DNA of 64,000 nucleotides, from positions 1 to 64,000 of the forward strand of contig NIVC01001368.1 in assembly GCA_002269645.1 (NCBI GenBank). Direction: 5' to 3'. Source of the DNA: Macrostomum lignano. Lineage: Eukaryota. Shown here one piece after another: positions 1-13,350 of the stretch. The position numbers and the translations under genes were made by a program. Below the pieces are notes generated by a model. That model worked only from the letters and a program-made list of their open reading frames with translations, searched no databases and was not told the DNA's origin. Numbering within the stretch: the stretch's first letter is position 1; every line of letters begins with the position of its first letter.

Positions 1-163
1 CCACTTCAACTGTCCAACTTACTCAGCCTTCTCAGCCGCTTTATTCCTCTAACTGTCCGGCCATTCCAGGTGTCGCGATGACCAGCTCGGACAGGGCTGG
101 CTGGCTGCCTTCTGGAAACCCCGAGCCCGTGGCTTTGATCGCAACTCTCTGCTCTATACCGTT

Positions 164-660
164 ATCCCATTCTCCCATTCTCCCATCTCCCATTCTCCCA
201 TTCTCCCATTCTCCCCATTCTCCCATTCTCCATCTCCCATCTCCCATCTCCCATCTCCCATTCTCCTACCTCCCATTCTCCTACCTCACATACTCCCATC
301 TCCCATTCTCCCATTCTCCCATTCTCCATCTCCCATCTCCCATCTCCCATCTCCCATCTCCCATCTCCTATTCTCCAATCTCCCATCTTCCAACCTATTC
401 TCCCATCTCCCAACTCTATTCTCCCATCTCCCAACCTATTCTCCCATCTCCCAACCTATTCTCCATCTCCCAACCTATTCTCCCATCTCCCAACCTATTC
501 TCCCATCTCCCAACCTATTCTCCCATCTCCCAACCTATTCTCCCATCTTCCAACCTATTCTCCCATCTCCCAACCTATTTTCCCATCTCCCATTCTCCCA
601 TCTCCCAACCTATTCTCCCATCTCCTTTTCTCTGATCTCCCATTCTCCCACCCCATTCTC
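164..660. repeat. Low-complexity CCCAT(T/C)TC simple repeat
   Basis: Runs of ctcccatt/ctcccatct/ccaacctatt. The overlapping ORFs are repeat translations. Confidence 0.95.
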
Positions 661-1128
661 CATGGATTTCTATCCGCTGTTTTCCAAGCCCGACTCCGCC
701 CTGCAGTTTGTTTGCACAAGAACAACATGCGCCAAGCCTTCCATTTTATCCCAATCCCGGATCCCCAGCAAATAGTTAATATCCCATTGCTGTCGAAAAT
801 ATGTTTTGTTTAGCAATTCGACTCCCACGCCGGTGAGGAAAACTAATGAAAAACTCGGGGCAAGCAGCTGCTCGCAAAAGCAGAGTCTGTTTGCCCTCCC
901 TGCGGCAAACAATGGGCTGTCATGGAGCCACCGGGAGCCTCGGCCGAGTCTGTTTGCTCAACAAATCCCGCAGTACAAAGCGGCCACACGCAGAGCCAAC
1001 AGGTCCCCCCCCGGAGATGCCGCCCGTCAGTCACTCAGCGCTGTGACAGTCGGCAAACAAAGCGGGCAAAGTCCGGGCGGGCTTGAAGAAGCCGCGAACA
1101 ATGGCGCGCATGCCCGGGCAAAGGATGG

Positions 1129-1332
1129 CTCTCTCGCATCTCACTCTCTCACATCTCACTCTCTCGCATCTCACTCTCTCGCATCTCACTCTCTCGCATC
1201 TCACTCTCTCACATCTCACTCTCTCGCATCTCACTCTCTCACATCCCACTCTCTCATATCTCACTCTCTCATATCTCACTCTCTCATCTCACTCTCTCAT
1301 CTCACTCTCACATCTCACTCTCGCATCTCACC
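1129..1332. repeat. TCTCAC-type ~15-bp repeat
   Basis: ctctc(g/a)catctcact units visible directly. Confidence 0.9.
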
Positions 1333-1468
1333 CCTGTCACACGCCACCGCAGATCCAGGCTCCAAAGCGCCATTACACGCGCATGCCAGGCTGAGAGCCG
1401 CGAAAATCTCATGAAATCCTCAGCAAGGCAATGCATGACTCTGGTCAGACTCCTTGAGCACTGACTGC

Positions 1469-2070
1469 TTAGGGAGACCCCTGAGCACTGCTTGAGCACA
1501 GGAGAGGCCGCGCAGCCACTGTTTGTTGCCTGCTTACGCAACGAGACTGCGGCGGGTTGACAGACAGGCGACCCCCGGGGATATTTATCCCCATTCCACG
1601 CCTAAAGAGGACGCAAAGGTCTCCGTTGCCAGCCGGTATCCATGGCCCGGGGAGCGCAGCCAAATGACGGGCTTGAAGGCTCGCGGGGGGCGAAAAAACA
1701 TCGGCGAGCCCGCTATAATGCGGCCTTGGGTTGATAAAAAACGCATGGAGACTGCAGATCTTCATCATTCGGGGCCAGCCGTTGACATGACAGGCCATGC
1801 AGGCCTCCCCACCCAGTGCAGTGCCAATCTTGATGAAGCGGAGAGGCTGAAGGGAGCCGACATCGATACAGCTGACTGGGCGGCTCCGTCGGTTGCGCCA
1901 CCGCCAGCAAGAAAATGAGAAATTCGATTTCGCTCCGACCGAGCCGGCCTGTCGCGTGTGTGAGCAGGATTGCACCGAATGAACTCCATGAGCAGCAGAA
2001 AATATGAAGGTGCGGCCAGTTTTGCACCGGGCGGAGCAGCGCCGCAGGTGGCTGGCGGGGCGGCGCATGC
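1469..2070 (-). CDS. Possible distal exon of the AGAP-like gene (end of PH domain plus degenerate ArfGAP-like segment)
   Basis: One open frame contains TGRTFIFSA (cf. AGAP TGQTWHFEA), then CIDV..CMAC..KICSL..WIPA in ArfGAP order. Similarity is weak and splice boundaries are unresolved. Confidence 0.22.
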
Positions 2071-3372
2071 GGGCCGTGGCGCAACCGGGGCCGCCTCCGA
2101 TCCCCAAATCCATTTTTATCCCGCAGGGCGCGGGCGGTGGCGCAAACAGATCGCGGCAAGATTGCCCGCCGCCCCGCAATGCTCCCCGATTGCAATACGG
2201 GCTGGGTAAATGGGAAACAATGTCCGGGATGATTTTAACGAGCTGTTATGGTCCCGAGGAATAATGGCAACTTGCGGCAACAATGAAAAATGATTATTGT
2301 TCTGCGGAAGCCTCGGGGTCTCTGTAAAGCATTGAAGCTCGATCCCGCATGACGGGCCCTAATGACTTCCCGCTTGCTGAGTATCGAGTCTCATCCCTTA
2401 TTAGTGTCTGCTTAGATAAATGCAGTGTTGAGCTTGACGGGTTTCAGCTCGCAGTGGCAGTCAGCTGAGCTGGAAATTGGAATTTCACGCCTGCCAGTCA
2501 GTCGCGGTGAGTCTCATAAATATTTCACCAATTCGCAGGGCAGCTCTTTGCCACAGCCCCGGCCGCCGAGGGGATTCGGGAGTCGAGATGAGTCGATAAC
2601 AGATCCCCCTCGAGTCCCGGCCTTGTCAAGTGGGCCCGCCTTCAACAATGTTAGCAGTGGGAGGTCCCAGGCTCTGCCGCGCCTCATCAGTGCCTCCTCT
2701 TCCCACCGTTTGCTCAGCGAAGCGGCTTGCAAAAAACCTGCGATTCAATCGGCTGTTCTCAGCTCATCAAGTGCCTGCCAGTCACTTCCCACACAGACAA
2801 GGTCGGGGGTTCGAATCCCCGATTGCGGGTCTCCCGCTGGGCCGAACCGTCAGCTGAACAGCGAGGGGCCGCAGCGCAGAGGCGCGCAACAATGGGCTGA
2901 TTGACAATGGAGCCCCGCCTCCCTGCCGGCCGGACTTGTCAGTTTTTTAGCAATTCTTGGAAAACCTCCCCAGGGGATGCGCCAGCCTGAGCAGGGTGCT
3001 CAGCCAGCCATAATTACTGTCATTACTAATCTGACAGGGGATGAGCGCCTCAACACCTACCATACGGACTGAATGTTGAAGTGCAAAAAAATGCATCAAG
3101 TGGAGCGGCATGAAAAATGTGCGACTTCTCTGCAACTCGGGATTGAAAAAAAACTTGGAAAGCGTCACGTCACGTGGTCACCTGGCTTATCATATGGAGT
3201 TCTAATTGCTGCTTTGTTAGAAAGGAATTGCTAGTAGATTTTCAAGAGTGCCTCAATTGAGTTCTTCTTTGTGCTAAACGCTAAGAAATGGAATAGAGAC
3301 TAAAAAAGAAAAAAAGTGACTGCGCGAGATATATATACACATATACAGTATATATGTATCATGACGTCTGAT

Positions 3373-3385
3373 TAGATAGATAGAC

Positions 3386-3429
<44 letters not shown>
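3373..3429. repeat. (GATA)n microsatellite
   Basis: About 14 GATA units. Confidence 0.95.
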
Positions 3430-4415
3430 GGATACAGCACAGCCGCCGGCAGCTAAAGTGCAAGTCCTACCCATGACTCACTCGTGTCCCTCTGCCTTTG
3501 TCCTCCCCAGTCTGGGGACAAAGGCTGGGTCCTTGGTTCGCAATTCCCGTGCACTGCGGAACTGCCAGACATCCCAATAAAGCTGGAAGGCCGCCCCGCC
3601 CTGGCGCACTGCACGCCACTCTGCCACGCGGGGCCGTCAAACACGGGGAGGGGGGGGGGGCAGCACAGGCACACAGGCCGGCGGGCCGGTGGGGAGCCGG
3701 TGAGGCACCTCCGCTTGACTGCGGCTCGCTTGACTAGTGGGAACCCAGGAAAGGGAAGAGCGGGAGAAGCTGAATTTCAATAAATCCGCTCACAGAGAAC
3801 AGATGGGTTCGCATGGCTGACTGGCTCCGCTTTGCTCCAGGGGGGGGGGAGGGGCGAGCAGCCCCATATTGCCCGCATGCGCCGCCTGTGCAGTGGGCAG
3901 GGGAGCCGAAGGGGGAGTTGATGCGGGAGCCGAGTGTCTCGGCACGGGCCGAACTGCGAGTCAATGAGTTCCGAATCTGCGCAACAAAAGCGAGGCCGGG
4001 GGAGACAACATCTACCTGCGAAAGCAATCCCTTTATTTCCCCACCCCCAACTGCAATAAAAAGCTATCTCTCACAACCATCTCATTCGGAAATTCGATTT
4101 TACAACCCGCTTGTGAGAGGGGAAAATATCCCATCTATTCGAGGCGCCCCCCCCTTCAAAAGAAGCAGGCTGGTCTCTATCGGGTAATCTGTCTGTCAGC
4201 CCTGTCTGCGGCTCTGTGTGCCGAGCCGAGGGGACTTGGGCAGAATGTGGAGCAGCATTTTGCAGAAGCCTGCGGGTAACCCTGCCCTCACTGCAAGGCT
4301 GCAGAAATCTCTCCAATGCGATTCTGACCGAGAATTTCTCAAAGCCAAGCTCAAACAGGACTGAAAATAGTTTTTCTGCTCTGTGATTTTGGATTTCACA
4401 GCGACTTTCAACTTT

Positions 4416-5383
4416 CCCTGGCAGCCCAGATCCCAGCTCAGGTGTCCCCGGCAGCCCAGATCCCAGCTCAGGTGTCCCTGGCAGCCCAGATCCCAGCTCA
4501 GGTGTCCCCGGCAGCCCAGATCCCAGCTCAGGTGTCCCCGGCAGCCCAGATCCCAGCTCAGGTGTCCCTGGCAGCCCAGATCCCAGCTCAGGTGTCCCTG
4601 GCAGCCCAGATCCCAGCTCAGGTGTCCCTGGCAGCCCAGATCCCAGCTCAGGTGTCCCTGGCAGCCCAGATCCCAGCTCAGGTGTCCCTGGCAGCCCAGA
4701 TCCCAGCTCAGGTGTCCCCGGCAGCCCAGATCCCAGCTCAGGTGTCCCTGGCAGCCCAGATCCCAGCTCAGGTGTCCCTGGCAGCCCAGATCCCAGCTCA
4801 GGTGTCCCCGGCAGCCCAGATCCCAGCTCAGGTGTCCCTGGCAGCCCAGATCCCAGCTCAGGTGTCCCTGGCAGCCCAGATCCCAGCTCAGGTGTCCCTG
4901 GCAGCCCAGATCCCAGCTCAGGTGTCCCCGGCAGCCCAGATCCCAGCTCAGGTGTCCCTGGCAGCCCAGATCCCAGCTCAGGTGTCCCCGGCAGCCCAGA
5001 TCCCAGCTCAGGTGTCCCCGGCAGCCCAGATCCCAGCTCAGGTGTCCCTGGCAGCCCAGATCCCAGCTCAGGTGTCCCTGGCAGCCCAGATCCCAGCTCA
5101 GGTGTCCCCGGCAGCCCAGATCCCAGCTCAGGTGTCCCTGGCAGCCCAGATCCCAGCTCAGGTGTCCCCGGCAGCCCAGATCCCAGCTCAGGTGTCCCCG
5201 GCAGCCCAGATCCCAGCTCAGGTGTCCCTGGCAGCCCAGATCCCAGCTCAGGTGTCCCTGGCAGCCCAGATCCCAGCTCAGGTGTCCCTGGCAGCCCAGA
5301 TCCCAGCTCAGGTGTCCCTGGCAGCCCAGATCCCAGCTCAGGTGTCCCTGGCAGCCCAGATCCCAGCTCAGGTGTCCCTGGCC
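4416..5383. repeat. 30-bp minisatellite, ~32 copies
   Basis: Unit ggtgtccc(t/c)ggcagcccagatcccagctca with a single dimorphic base. Confidence 0.98.
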
Positions 5384-5908
5384 AGTGTTTTAAGCACAAA
5401 AAGACGCTGCATTGGCATCAAAACAGTGCCAATTCCCAATCTCGAGTCCGATCGAGTTTATGGCCGCGGCACAACACAATGGGGCCTGGGGTTCTGGGGA
5501 GAACAATGGAAGTCGATTTTTGACACTGCTGCAATGCCCCGGTGAAATCGGACACCGCTGAGGGCCGCTCGCTGTCCTCTGCCGGCCTGCCAAGCCGGCT
5601 CTGATGGATCGCCCAGCCCGTGGCCAAAATGGCAGGCAGCATCGCCATCGCCTGGCCCAGGATGAATTGGCGGTCACGGCTGAATGGCTGGCCGAACTGA
5701 ATTTTGGATTCACTGCTGACAGGTGAGCTTCTGATGGCGCTGATGTGGATGCACTGAGACCGAGCTCGAGGCAGGATTTGCAGGGTTGGGAAGAGGAGGG
5801 AGACTGAGATGAGGCAGGCCGGTGGCAGTGGGGAGTCTGTAATTGCTCAGCCCACTGACCCCAGAATTTCTTCACAATTTCTTTCGGAGCACCTAATCGC
5901 TTCCTTGA

Positions 5909-6469
5909 AGCTGACCCAATTCATTGCACTGAGTCTTATAGAGCTGACCCAATTCATTGCACTGAGTCTTATAGAGCTGACCCAATTCATTGCACTGAGT
6001 CGTATAGAGCTGACCCAATTCATTGCACTGAGTCTTATAGAGCTGACCCAATTCATTGCACTGAGTCTTATAGAGCTGACCCAATTCATTGCACTGAGTC
6101 GTATAGAGCTGACCCAATTCATTGCACTGAGTCTTATAGAGCTGACCCAATTCATTGCACTGAGTCTTATAGAGCTGACCCAATTCATTGCACTGAGTCG
6201 TATAGAGCTGACCCAATTCATTGCACTGAGTCGTATAAAGCTGACCCAATTCATTGCACTGAGTCTTATAGAGCTGACCCAATTCATTGCACTGAGTCTT
6301 ATAGAGCTGACCCAATTCATTGCACTGAGTCGTATAGAGCTGACCCAATTCATTGCACTGAGTCGTATAAAGCTGACCCAATTCATTGCACTGAGTCTTA
6401 TAGAGCTGACCCAATTCATTCCACTGAGTCTTATAAAGCTGACCCAATTCATTGCACTGAGTCTTATAG
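5909..6469. repeat. 33-bp minisatellite, ~17 copies
   Basis: Unit agctgacccaattcattgcactgagtc(t/g)tata(g/a). Confidence 0.97.
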
Positions 6470-7435
6470 GTCTGACCGTGTCACATACAGACTGATGGAG
6501 CTGATGTACAAACTACATTTAGTATGTACAACTGCTGCATTGAAGCGCTAAAAGGTGTCTGCATGGTGAAGCAGATATTTTTGCTACCTAAAAACTAGGT
6601 GTTGGATTTCATGCCAGATGTCTGGCACAGTCAGCCAGCAGCACTGAAGCATGGGGTACAGTTTAGATTTTCAAGCCCCCAAACACAGCAGGAACAGTTG
6701 CAACACAATATCTCTCTCTCGCCTCTCCAATTGCGGTTCCGTTTTGGCCAAAGCGAAGCCACTTGAACCGCGAATTCGGGCAGCCACTTTGGCTGCAAGC
6801 TGACACTGCAGAGCCCGGCCAATCCGGACCCCGGCGCGAGAATTCGACAATCGGGGATTTGGGAAGCAGGGAGGAGACGCGGAGGGCCGGAGGGGCGATG
6901 CGGCCAGTTGTTGGCATCGATCAAAATCATAACAATTTTTCCTGTGGCGCGTGCCTGCCCCCCTTTCAGGTGGGTATTAGAAATTTGAACTATTTAATAA
7001 TAACTAATTAGGATCCTCATGGGATTCAAGTTGAACTGATGAATGAATGAATGGAGATTCCCTGTGAAGCAAATATGTTGCTTTTATTTCGTCTTCCATA
7101 TGCGTTCCTTTTTGTAGAGAACGTGTCAGATCGCATTTTATAATTTTAGTCGAAAATTCAGCAGGCATACTTATTGCCTACTGTAAGTAGAAAACTTTGG
7201 ATATGTGTTTTTAAAATCCAAACCAGTGAAAAACCCGGTGGTTCACGCAAGCATGGGCCGAGGCGGGCCAAGTTTCGGTCGAGGCCAAGGAGCCTTTGAT
7301 CGAACTGGATCGGCGCTTGAAATGCGGAAAATTCGGCTGGGGGGTAGCGTCTCCTAGGAACTAGTTTAACTAATGAGTGCTTCATCAAGAACATAGAAGC
7401 AAGAATCCCCCGCGTCCATGCAGCCTCTTCCTCAC

Positions 7436-10400
7436 CTTCAGTGAAAACCCGCTCCACATTGTAACCTGTGGCGGCGCTGGCTTCAAAGTACAACATGTCC
7501 TCTTGCCGCAGGCCCAGCTCCGCTGCCGCCGCCGCCTGCTGCCTTGAGACCGCCTCCGCCTGCGCTCGGGATTCGCTTGCCGAGTCTGGGCGGGTGGTTG
7601 AGTCTGCTGACATAAGACTGACATTATGCTGACATTAGACTGACATTATGCTGACATTAGACTGACATTATGCTGACATTAGACTGACATTATGCTGACA
7701 TTAGACTGACATAATGCTGACATTAGACTGACATTATGCTGACATTAGACTGACATTATGCTGACATTAGACTGACATTATGCTGACATTAGACTGACAT
7801 TATGCTGACATTAGACTGACATTATGCTGACATTAGACTGACATTATGCTGACATTAGACTGACATTATGCTGACATTAGACTGACATTATGCTGACGTT
7901 AGACTGACATTATGCTGACATTAGACTGACATTATGCTGACATTAGACTGACATAATGCTGACATTAGACTGACATTATGCTGACGTTAGACTGACATAA
8001 TGCTGAAACCAGAGTGACGTCAGACTGGCATCAGACTGGCATCAGACTGGCAGCAGTCAGTCTCGGTCCCGCTCACCTAACACTCCAACGACAATCAGCG
8101 GCAGGTCGGGCTGTCGCCGCACGTCGGCCAACCGCCTGCGCAGGTCAGCAGCCGCAACGAGGCTATCCGGGCGACCGGCCGCGAACACCAGCAGACAGGC
8201 GTCGCACCAGACGGCAAACTGCGGGCTGGGCGGCTCCGCCTCGTCGCGGATAAGCGCCAGGTGAGGGGCGCCGGACAGCCCGACGCGGCACTTAAAGCGG
8301 CCGCCTGCGGTCAGTGGGGGGGGAATCAAAGGAGCTGCAGAACTGGCCCGAACAGAGAACATACGCAAATCGGTTTGGGAATGGCCATAGACAGCTGCAT
8401 CCTGTTGGCCATAGACAGCTACATCCTATTGGCCATAGACAGCTGCATCCTATTGGCCATACAGCTGCATCCTATTGGCCATAGACAGCTGCATCCTATT
8501 GGCCATAGACAGCTACATCCTATTGGCCATAGACAGCTGCATCCTGTTGGCCATAGAAAGCTACATCCTATTGGCCATAGACAGCTGCATCCTGTTGGCC
8601 ATTGACAGCTACATCCTATTGGCCATAGACAGCTGCATCCTGTTGGCCATAGACAGCTGCATCCTATTGGCCATAGACAGCTACATCCTATTGGCCATAG
8701 ACAACTACATCCTATTGGCCATAGACAGCTACATCCTATTGGCCATAGACAGCTGCATCCTGTTGGCCATAGACAGCTACATCCTTTTGGCCATAGACAG
8801 CTGCATCCTGTTGGCCATAGACAGCTACATCCTATTGGCCATAGACAGCTGCATCTCATGGCTTTTCATTTGTTTAAATGTCCAGTATTGTTTTCTAGGA
8901 TTCGAACGGAAGGGGTTGCCGAATGAAAATCTTTTAAAACTGACAACATAAAGAGTACAAATGCTAGCGTCACAAGTACGAGTCGGATCTTTCGTTTCCC
9001 TAGTCTTTCATTTTTTATTAAACACGAATCCAAAATTTTGAACTAATTTTTGAGCACCTTAATTTCGAATCATGAATAAGGAGAAAAAGCGCTCAGAAAT
9101 GATAAAATAATATAGATTTCAATTCATCCTACTTGCAGTAGACTGAGTCTGAGCATACGACTGACAGTGTGAAATTCTGCATTACGATAAGGACGACACT
9201 AATGTCATTCTTACTCCCCCAATCCCAGTTCCCTCAGCCCCAGCCACCGCATCGCTAGACGGCAATTTACCCCCCCCCGGCCGGCCCTCTTCCCCAGAGT
9301 GGCGGTGGTGAAAACGATGAGGGAGGGGGACAGGCAGGGATTTAGCGACTCGATGTCCAGACAGCGTTGGTGCAAAGGTGCAGCCACCTGACCCACTGCG
9401 CGATGAAGCGCCCAAAGGTCTGCAGGAATTGCAGCAGCAAAGCAAACAACCCGGATTTCACCGGACGGGAGGCTGAATGCAGCCTGTTTGGGATTTCCAT
9501 AGCATTTGCAGAGACCAGGGATTTTGTTTACACTACAGACAGCTGGCGTCTGCAGCAGCAGCAGCTGGCTCAGGGAGGGGAGCAGCAGTCTTGCTGGGCT
9601 GGCTGGGGGCCGGCTTGATGAGGGCGCAGGAGGCTGGGCGCGTGGTTTTTCATGCTGTGCGAAAAGAATGGAGACACACACGGATTTTTTACTTCCTGGC
9701 TGATGACTGCGGATCAGAAGAAGTTATTTCGGTAGCGGTGGTGGCTGACTAATGCAGCTAATGAAGGTTGAAGTTTCTCACGATAACCAAGAAGTTCAGC
9801 GCAGGGCCGGGGATCCATCCGCTGGCTCACCTTCCGGAGACGCGTCCTGCAGGAAGCTGCCGGTGAGGAAGCGATGCACCAGCGCCGACTTGCCCGAGTC
9901 CGCGCTGCCCAGCAGGCCCTGCAAGTGGGAGGCGAAGGGACGCTTCTTAGAAAAATCGATAGTTAAAAAGTTGTTGTTATCCTTGAACATGGCTCACCAG
10001 TTTTAGCTCTTTCACATTCCGATTGAGGGTCCACTCCTGACTGTTGACGAAAGCGGCTGAAGCAGTAGTGCGTTCGGATGTTATTTGTTAGGATTTTTAC
10101 TCATATCATAAGAAGTCTGAGCTTAGAAAATAAAATAAAACTATTTTTTTCAAAAAAACTCGCCGCACGTCAAATATATCTTCATATATGCAAGAACAAG
10201 GCAAATCCATTACATATTTGTATTTAGTATGTCTGCAGTTCTGTGAATTTTAGTGATTGCAAATGCAAAATGTGTTTCTTTATGTTTTTGAACTATCAAA
10301 GATTTTTTATTTTAAATATATACCAAAATATCGAATTGATATAAAGTCTGAATGCTATCAGTTATTGGTTAAATATTGGGTAATTTTTGTTCACTGTTCA

Positions 10401-10797
10401 AGAATTCTTTCATGTTATAAAAGTAATAAGAAAACTTGAATAAAGAACTAAGAGAATAAATAATCAATATGCTAAATAAATACACAGTAACACCAACCAA
10501 GGCCAAATTAAACATTTGTAATAAATATTTATAGTAATAAATAATAAACAATAAATAGAAATTCATGCAAAGCACAAGCACAAGGTGACAAGAAGCAATC
10601 TATAAACTGAATTATGTACCTTCAATCGTTACCAGATTGTTGTGAATAGCGTCTTTCAATTCTCGATTGCTGATAGTCTCTATTAAATCATAAATTGCGT
10701 AAATGCATGGATGAACGCTCTCAAACCGCTGTATTTCTTCTTTAATAGCAGACTCGAGCAATACAAAAGAGTCGCTGTCTTTTCCAGATGTTGTCAT
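7436..10797 (-). CDS. AGAP: AGAP/centaurin-gamma-like protein, N-terminus and GTPase-like domain. Exons 10620-10797, 9998-10056, 9831-9918, 8077-8304, 7436-7606; downstream exons to the left unresolved
   Basis: [23 protein letters not shown]; [19 protein letters not shown]; P-loop [17 protein letters not shown]; GRFK..LIRDE; [16 protein letters not shown] all match AGAP1/3. The GT-AG junctions join in consistent phase. Confidence 0.9.
7607..8006. repeat. 22-bp intronic minisatellite, ~18 copies
   Basis: Unit ctgacattatgctgacattaga, abutting the 3' splice site at 7607. Confidence 0.97.
8382..8854. repeat. 24-bp intronic minisatellite, ~20 copies
   Basis: Unit ggccatagacagct(g/a)catcct(a/g)tt. 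Confidence 0.97.
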
Positions 10798-11479
10798 TTC
10801 AAAAAAAAGTTTTACCGCAATTTCGATCAATTAGACGATGCATTGTGTATAAGTAATTAAGGACGTTCCGTTTACGTATGTCTGCATCTGCTGTAGTATT
10901 TTTTTTCAACAGTACCAAGACCCAAGGGTGCAAAATTAAAAGTAAAATAATGGACGGAATCAAAGACGTTAAATTCATGCAAGCAAGCTTGCTAACAATT
11001 TTGCAAAGAAAAACAAATCGATGGTATTTTCTGTACAGGAGCAAAAGAAAATGTGTCTATATGTTTCAAAACGTTTCTAAAACTAAATTTAATCGAAATT
11101 TAATTATTTAATTTCTAAAATGTTTTTCCTATACAGATTCTACTTTTCTAAACACCGCGACCGACTTTGAAGTTCTCCGTCTTGATGGAATTCTAACTAT
11201 AATGCAACATCTGTAGTTCCAGTGAACTTCAAGTTCAATGCGTCATATAATTTCTTTGCTGTATATACTACCAGTAGGAGTGTAGTATAGTAATACGTAG
11301 AAAGAATAAGAAAGAAAGAAGCGACAGAAAATATAAACGTTCATTTTAACACATTTTATTCTTTTAATGAAAAAAATACTTGCTATACCAATCTATCATT
11401 CAATTTCTGGAAGAAATATCGTAAATGCGTCGCCAAAATGAGGGCTGACAACACCGATTTTATGTAGTAGTAATTTAGT

Positions 11480-11549
11480 CATGTACTGTACATGTTGAAC
11501 TTCTTGGCTTTTGTCCCCCCCACCATAAAATCCACTGTGACGCCCCTGA
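11480..11549 (-). mobile_element. Partial copy of the hAT-type MITE at 58356-58734
   Basis: Reverse complement CAGGGGCGTCACAGTGGATTTTATGGTGGGGGGACAAAAGCCAAGAA matches the left end at 58356. Confidence 0.7.
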
Positions 11550-12099
11550 TTCGTGATGAGGAGACGACGCACCTTTTCATTCTTAGAATCGCACCTGTGT
11601 TTCTACATGTATACATGTATCTCCTCTCTGATTTTTATCTTTTATTTATCCGTCGCGTTTCATCTTAACGGATTAATTTGTCAGAAATAATAAAATATAA
11701 CTCCTCATTAACATGTAGGAGTTAATGAAGTTCTTGTCTTACCTTGTAGGAGATAAGAGTTAATTTTTTAAGCTGTTTACGTCTAAAGATCATGACAAGC
11801 TGACCTCTTGGCCGATTTTGATTTACGAGAACCCTGTCACTTTTGGCGACAAATAGTTTGGATGGGAAAGTTGCTTCTCCAGCAGTCTGCTTTTTGTCCT
11901 TGTTCTTTCACTTTTTATATGATTTATGATTAATGTCCAGTGGACTCTTCTTGGGCGTCAGGATGTATGGCAGTGGCATTTTTGGATAGATTTTTTCCGC
12001 GGCCAGTTTTTATTATGATTCATGACTCAACTGTCACCCCCCTGCATGGGGTCTGCCTGAGAGATCGCCCTGTGGAAAGTGCAAAGGGGGGTATAGAGA

Positions 12100-12245
12100 T
12101 CAGCCAATCAAAGTCGAGCTAGTCACCTTTGGCTTGTCCAATCAGAAAATGGGACATCGAGTATAACAAGTCGGCTCGTCCATTAAAATTCGACGACGTT
12201 TGGTATAATAAATCGGCCGTTATAAGGACTATGTACAGTATTAAG
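12100..12245. promoter_or_regulatory. Possible promoter: two CCAATCA boxes and AT-rich TATA-like words
   Basis: CCAATCA at ~12104 and ~12138, followed by a pyrimidine/CpG-rich stretch. The target transcript is not identifiable. Confidence 0.25.
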
Positions 12246-13034
12246 GGTGGGGGGACAGACCACCTCTCGAAGAAGCGCGCCTGCCCTCCTTCCTACGAGC
12301 TCTTCTCCTTCCTGGCCTACCTGCGTCTGCTCTCTCCGCGGCACACGGAGTCGATTTTTCCCCGCGAAAGTGCCTGGTTAACATCGCGGTGAAACGCCCT
12401 CTCCGGGCGCCAGACATATGCATCTACATGTACTACATGTACATCACCTACATATGAGCAACGAAAGAAGTCATCGACTACCAGCACCAATTTTCTGCTG
12501 GTTGTCTCTGGAACTGCATGACTTCTGGTCCCTGCGGCAGCTTGAAAACTCTAATTGGTTGGGTGAGAGGCTTTTCTGACCTGCTCTATCGCGGGTACGT
12601 TACATAATGTTGCAAAACAAGAATCATATATCATAATTATTGTTTCAATCCATTAAGCGGCACAGTTACTTTTCTTACTTCGACTCCATTTGAAAGTTGT
12701 GAAGAGAAAAGCCAAATATGACCAAGGTTTTAGATTAGAAGGCCGAACCCATCTTACATGTACGTACACGCAAGAGATTAGAGAACTCACTCTTCCCATG
12801 TCCTCGCAATGTCTTAACAATTCTTATTGGCAAAATTAGCCTAAATCACTCGGTACAAGCACTACTTTCACGATCTAATGAAAAAAATGATCCTAACTTC
12901 TACATGTATAATGTACACAAGGACGACTTGAATGTACACGGCACATGTACATTTGTTGAGCTTTTTAATCATCCGAGATGTTGCGACCGTTACGGTTAGT
13001 TACGATATATAATAACTTTGCCTTCGCGTATAAA

Positions 13035-13350
13035 GACGAGTGTTGTAGCCTAGTGGTTAGAGCGTCAGACTCACGGCTTGAAGGTCGGGGGTTCGATTCC
13101 CGATCCGACTGTCCTTGCGCAAAACATTTACATGTAACTCTGCATTGCTTCAGTTCACCCAGCTGTAAAATGGGTGCCAGCATAATTAGCTGGTGCAATT
13201 GAGGGTGTGTGGCGACCCCCCCCCCCAGTCCTTTGACTGAACAGCCGTATGCACATATGCAGCCTTCAGATGCGCTGCGCAATAGCTGCGGCTGAGCTGT
13301 CGGTTGCACATCTGGCCCTGTTGGGGCAGGTGTAATCAATTTTTTTATTA
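13035..13350 (+). mobile_element. tRNA-derived SINE with CORE-like domain, copy 1
   Basis: A box TAGCCTAGTGG, B box GGTTCGATTCC, segment cttcagttcacccagctgtaaaatggg, T/AT tail. Colinear with 29291-29600. Confidence 0.85.

Noticed and set aside
806-845. Plus-strand peptide STPTPVRK matching an AGAP linker motif
   Set aside because: Wrong strand for the AGAP gene and no supporting flanking similarity; treated as coincidence.
4071-6495. Long ORFs (442, 367, 336, 228, 201 aa) made of perfect peptide repeats
   Set aside because: They are translations of 30- and 33-bp arrays open in several frames on both strands, with no synonymous variation pattern.
9211-9681. 156-aa minus-strand ORF inside an AGAP intron
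   Set aside because: No recognisable domain, and the flanking exons already join in frame without it.
13038-13110. tRNA gene (also 29298-29370)
   Set aside because: A and B boxes are present but there is no acceptor-stem pairing, and both continue into a shared SINE body.
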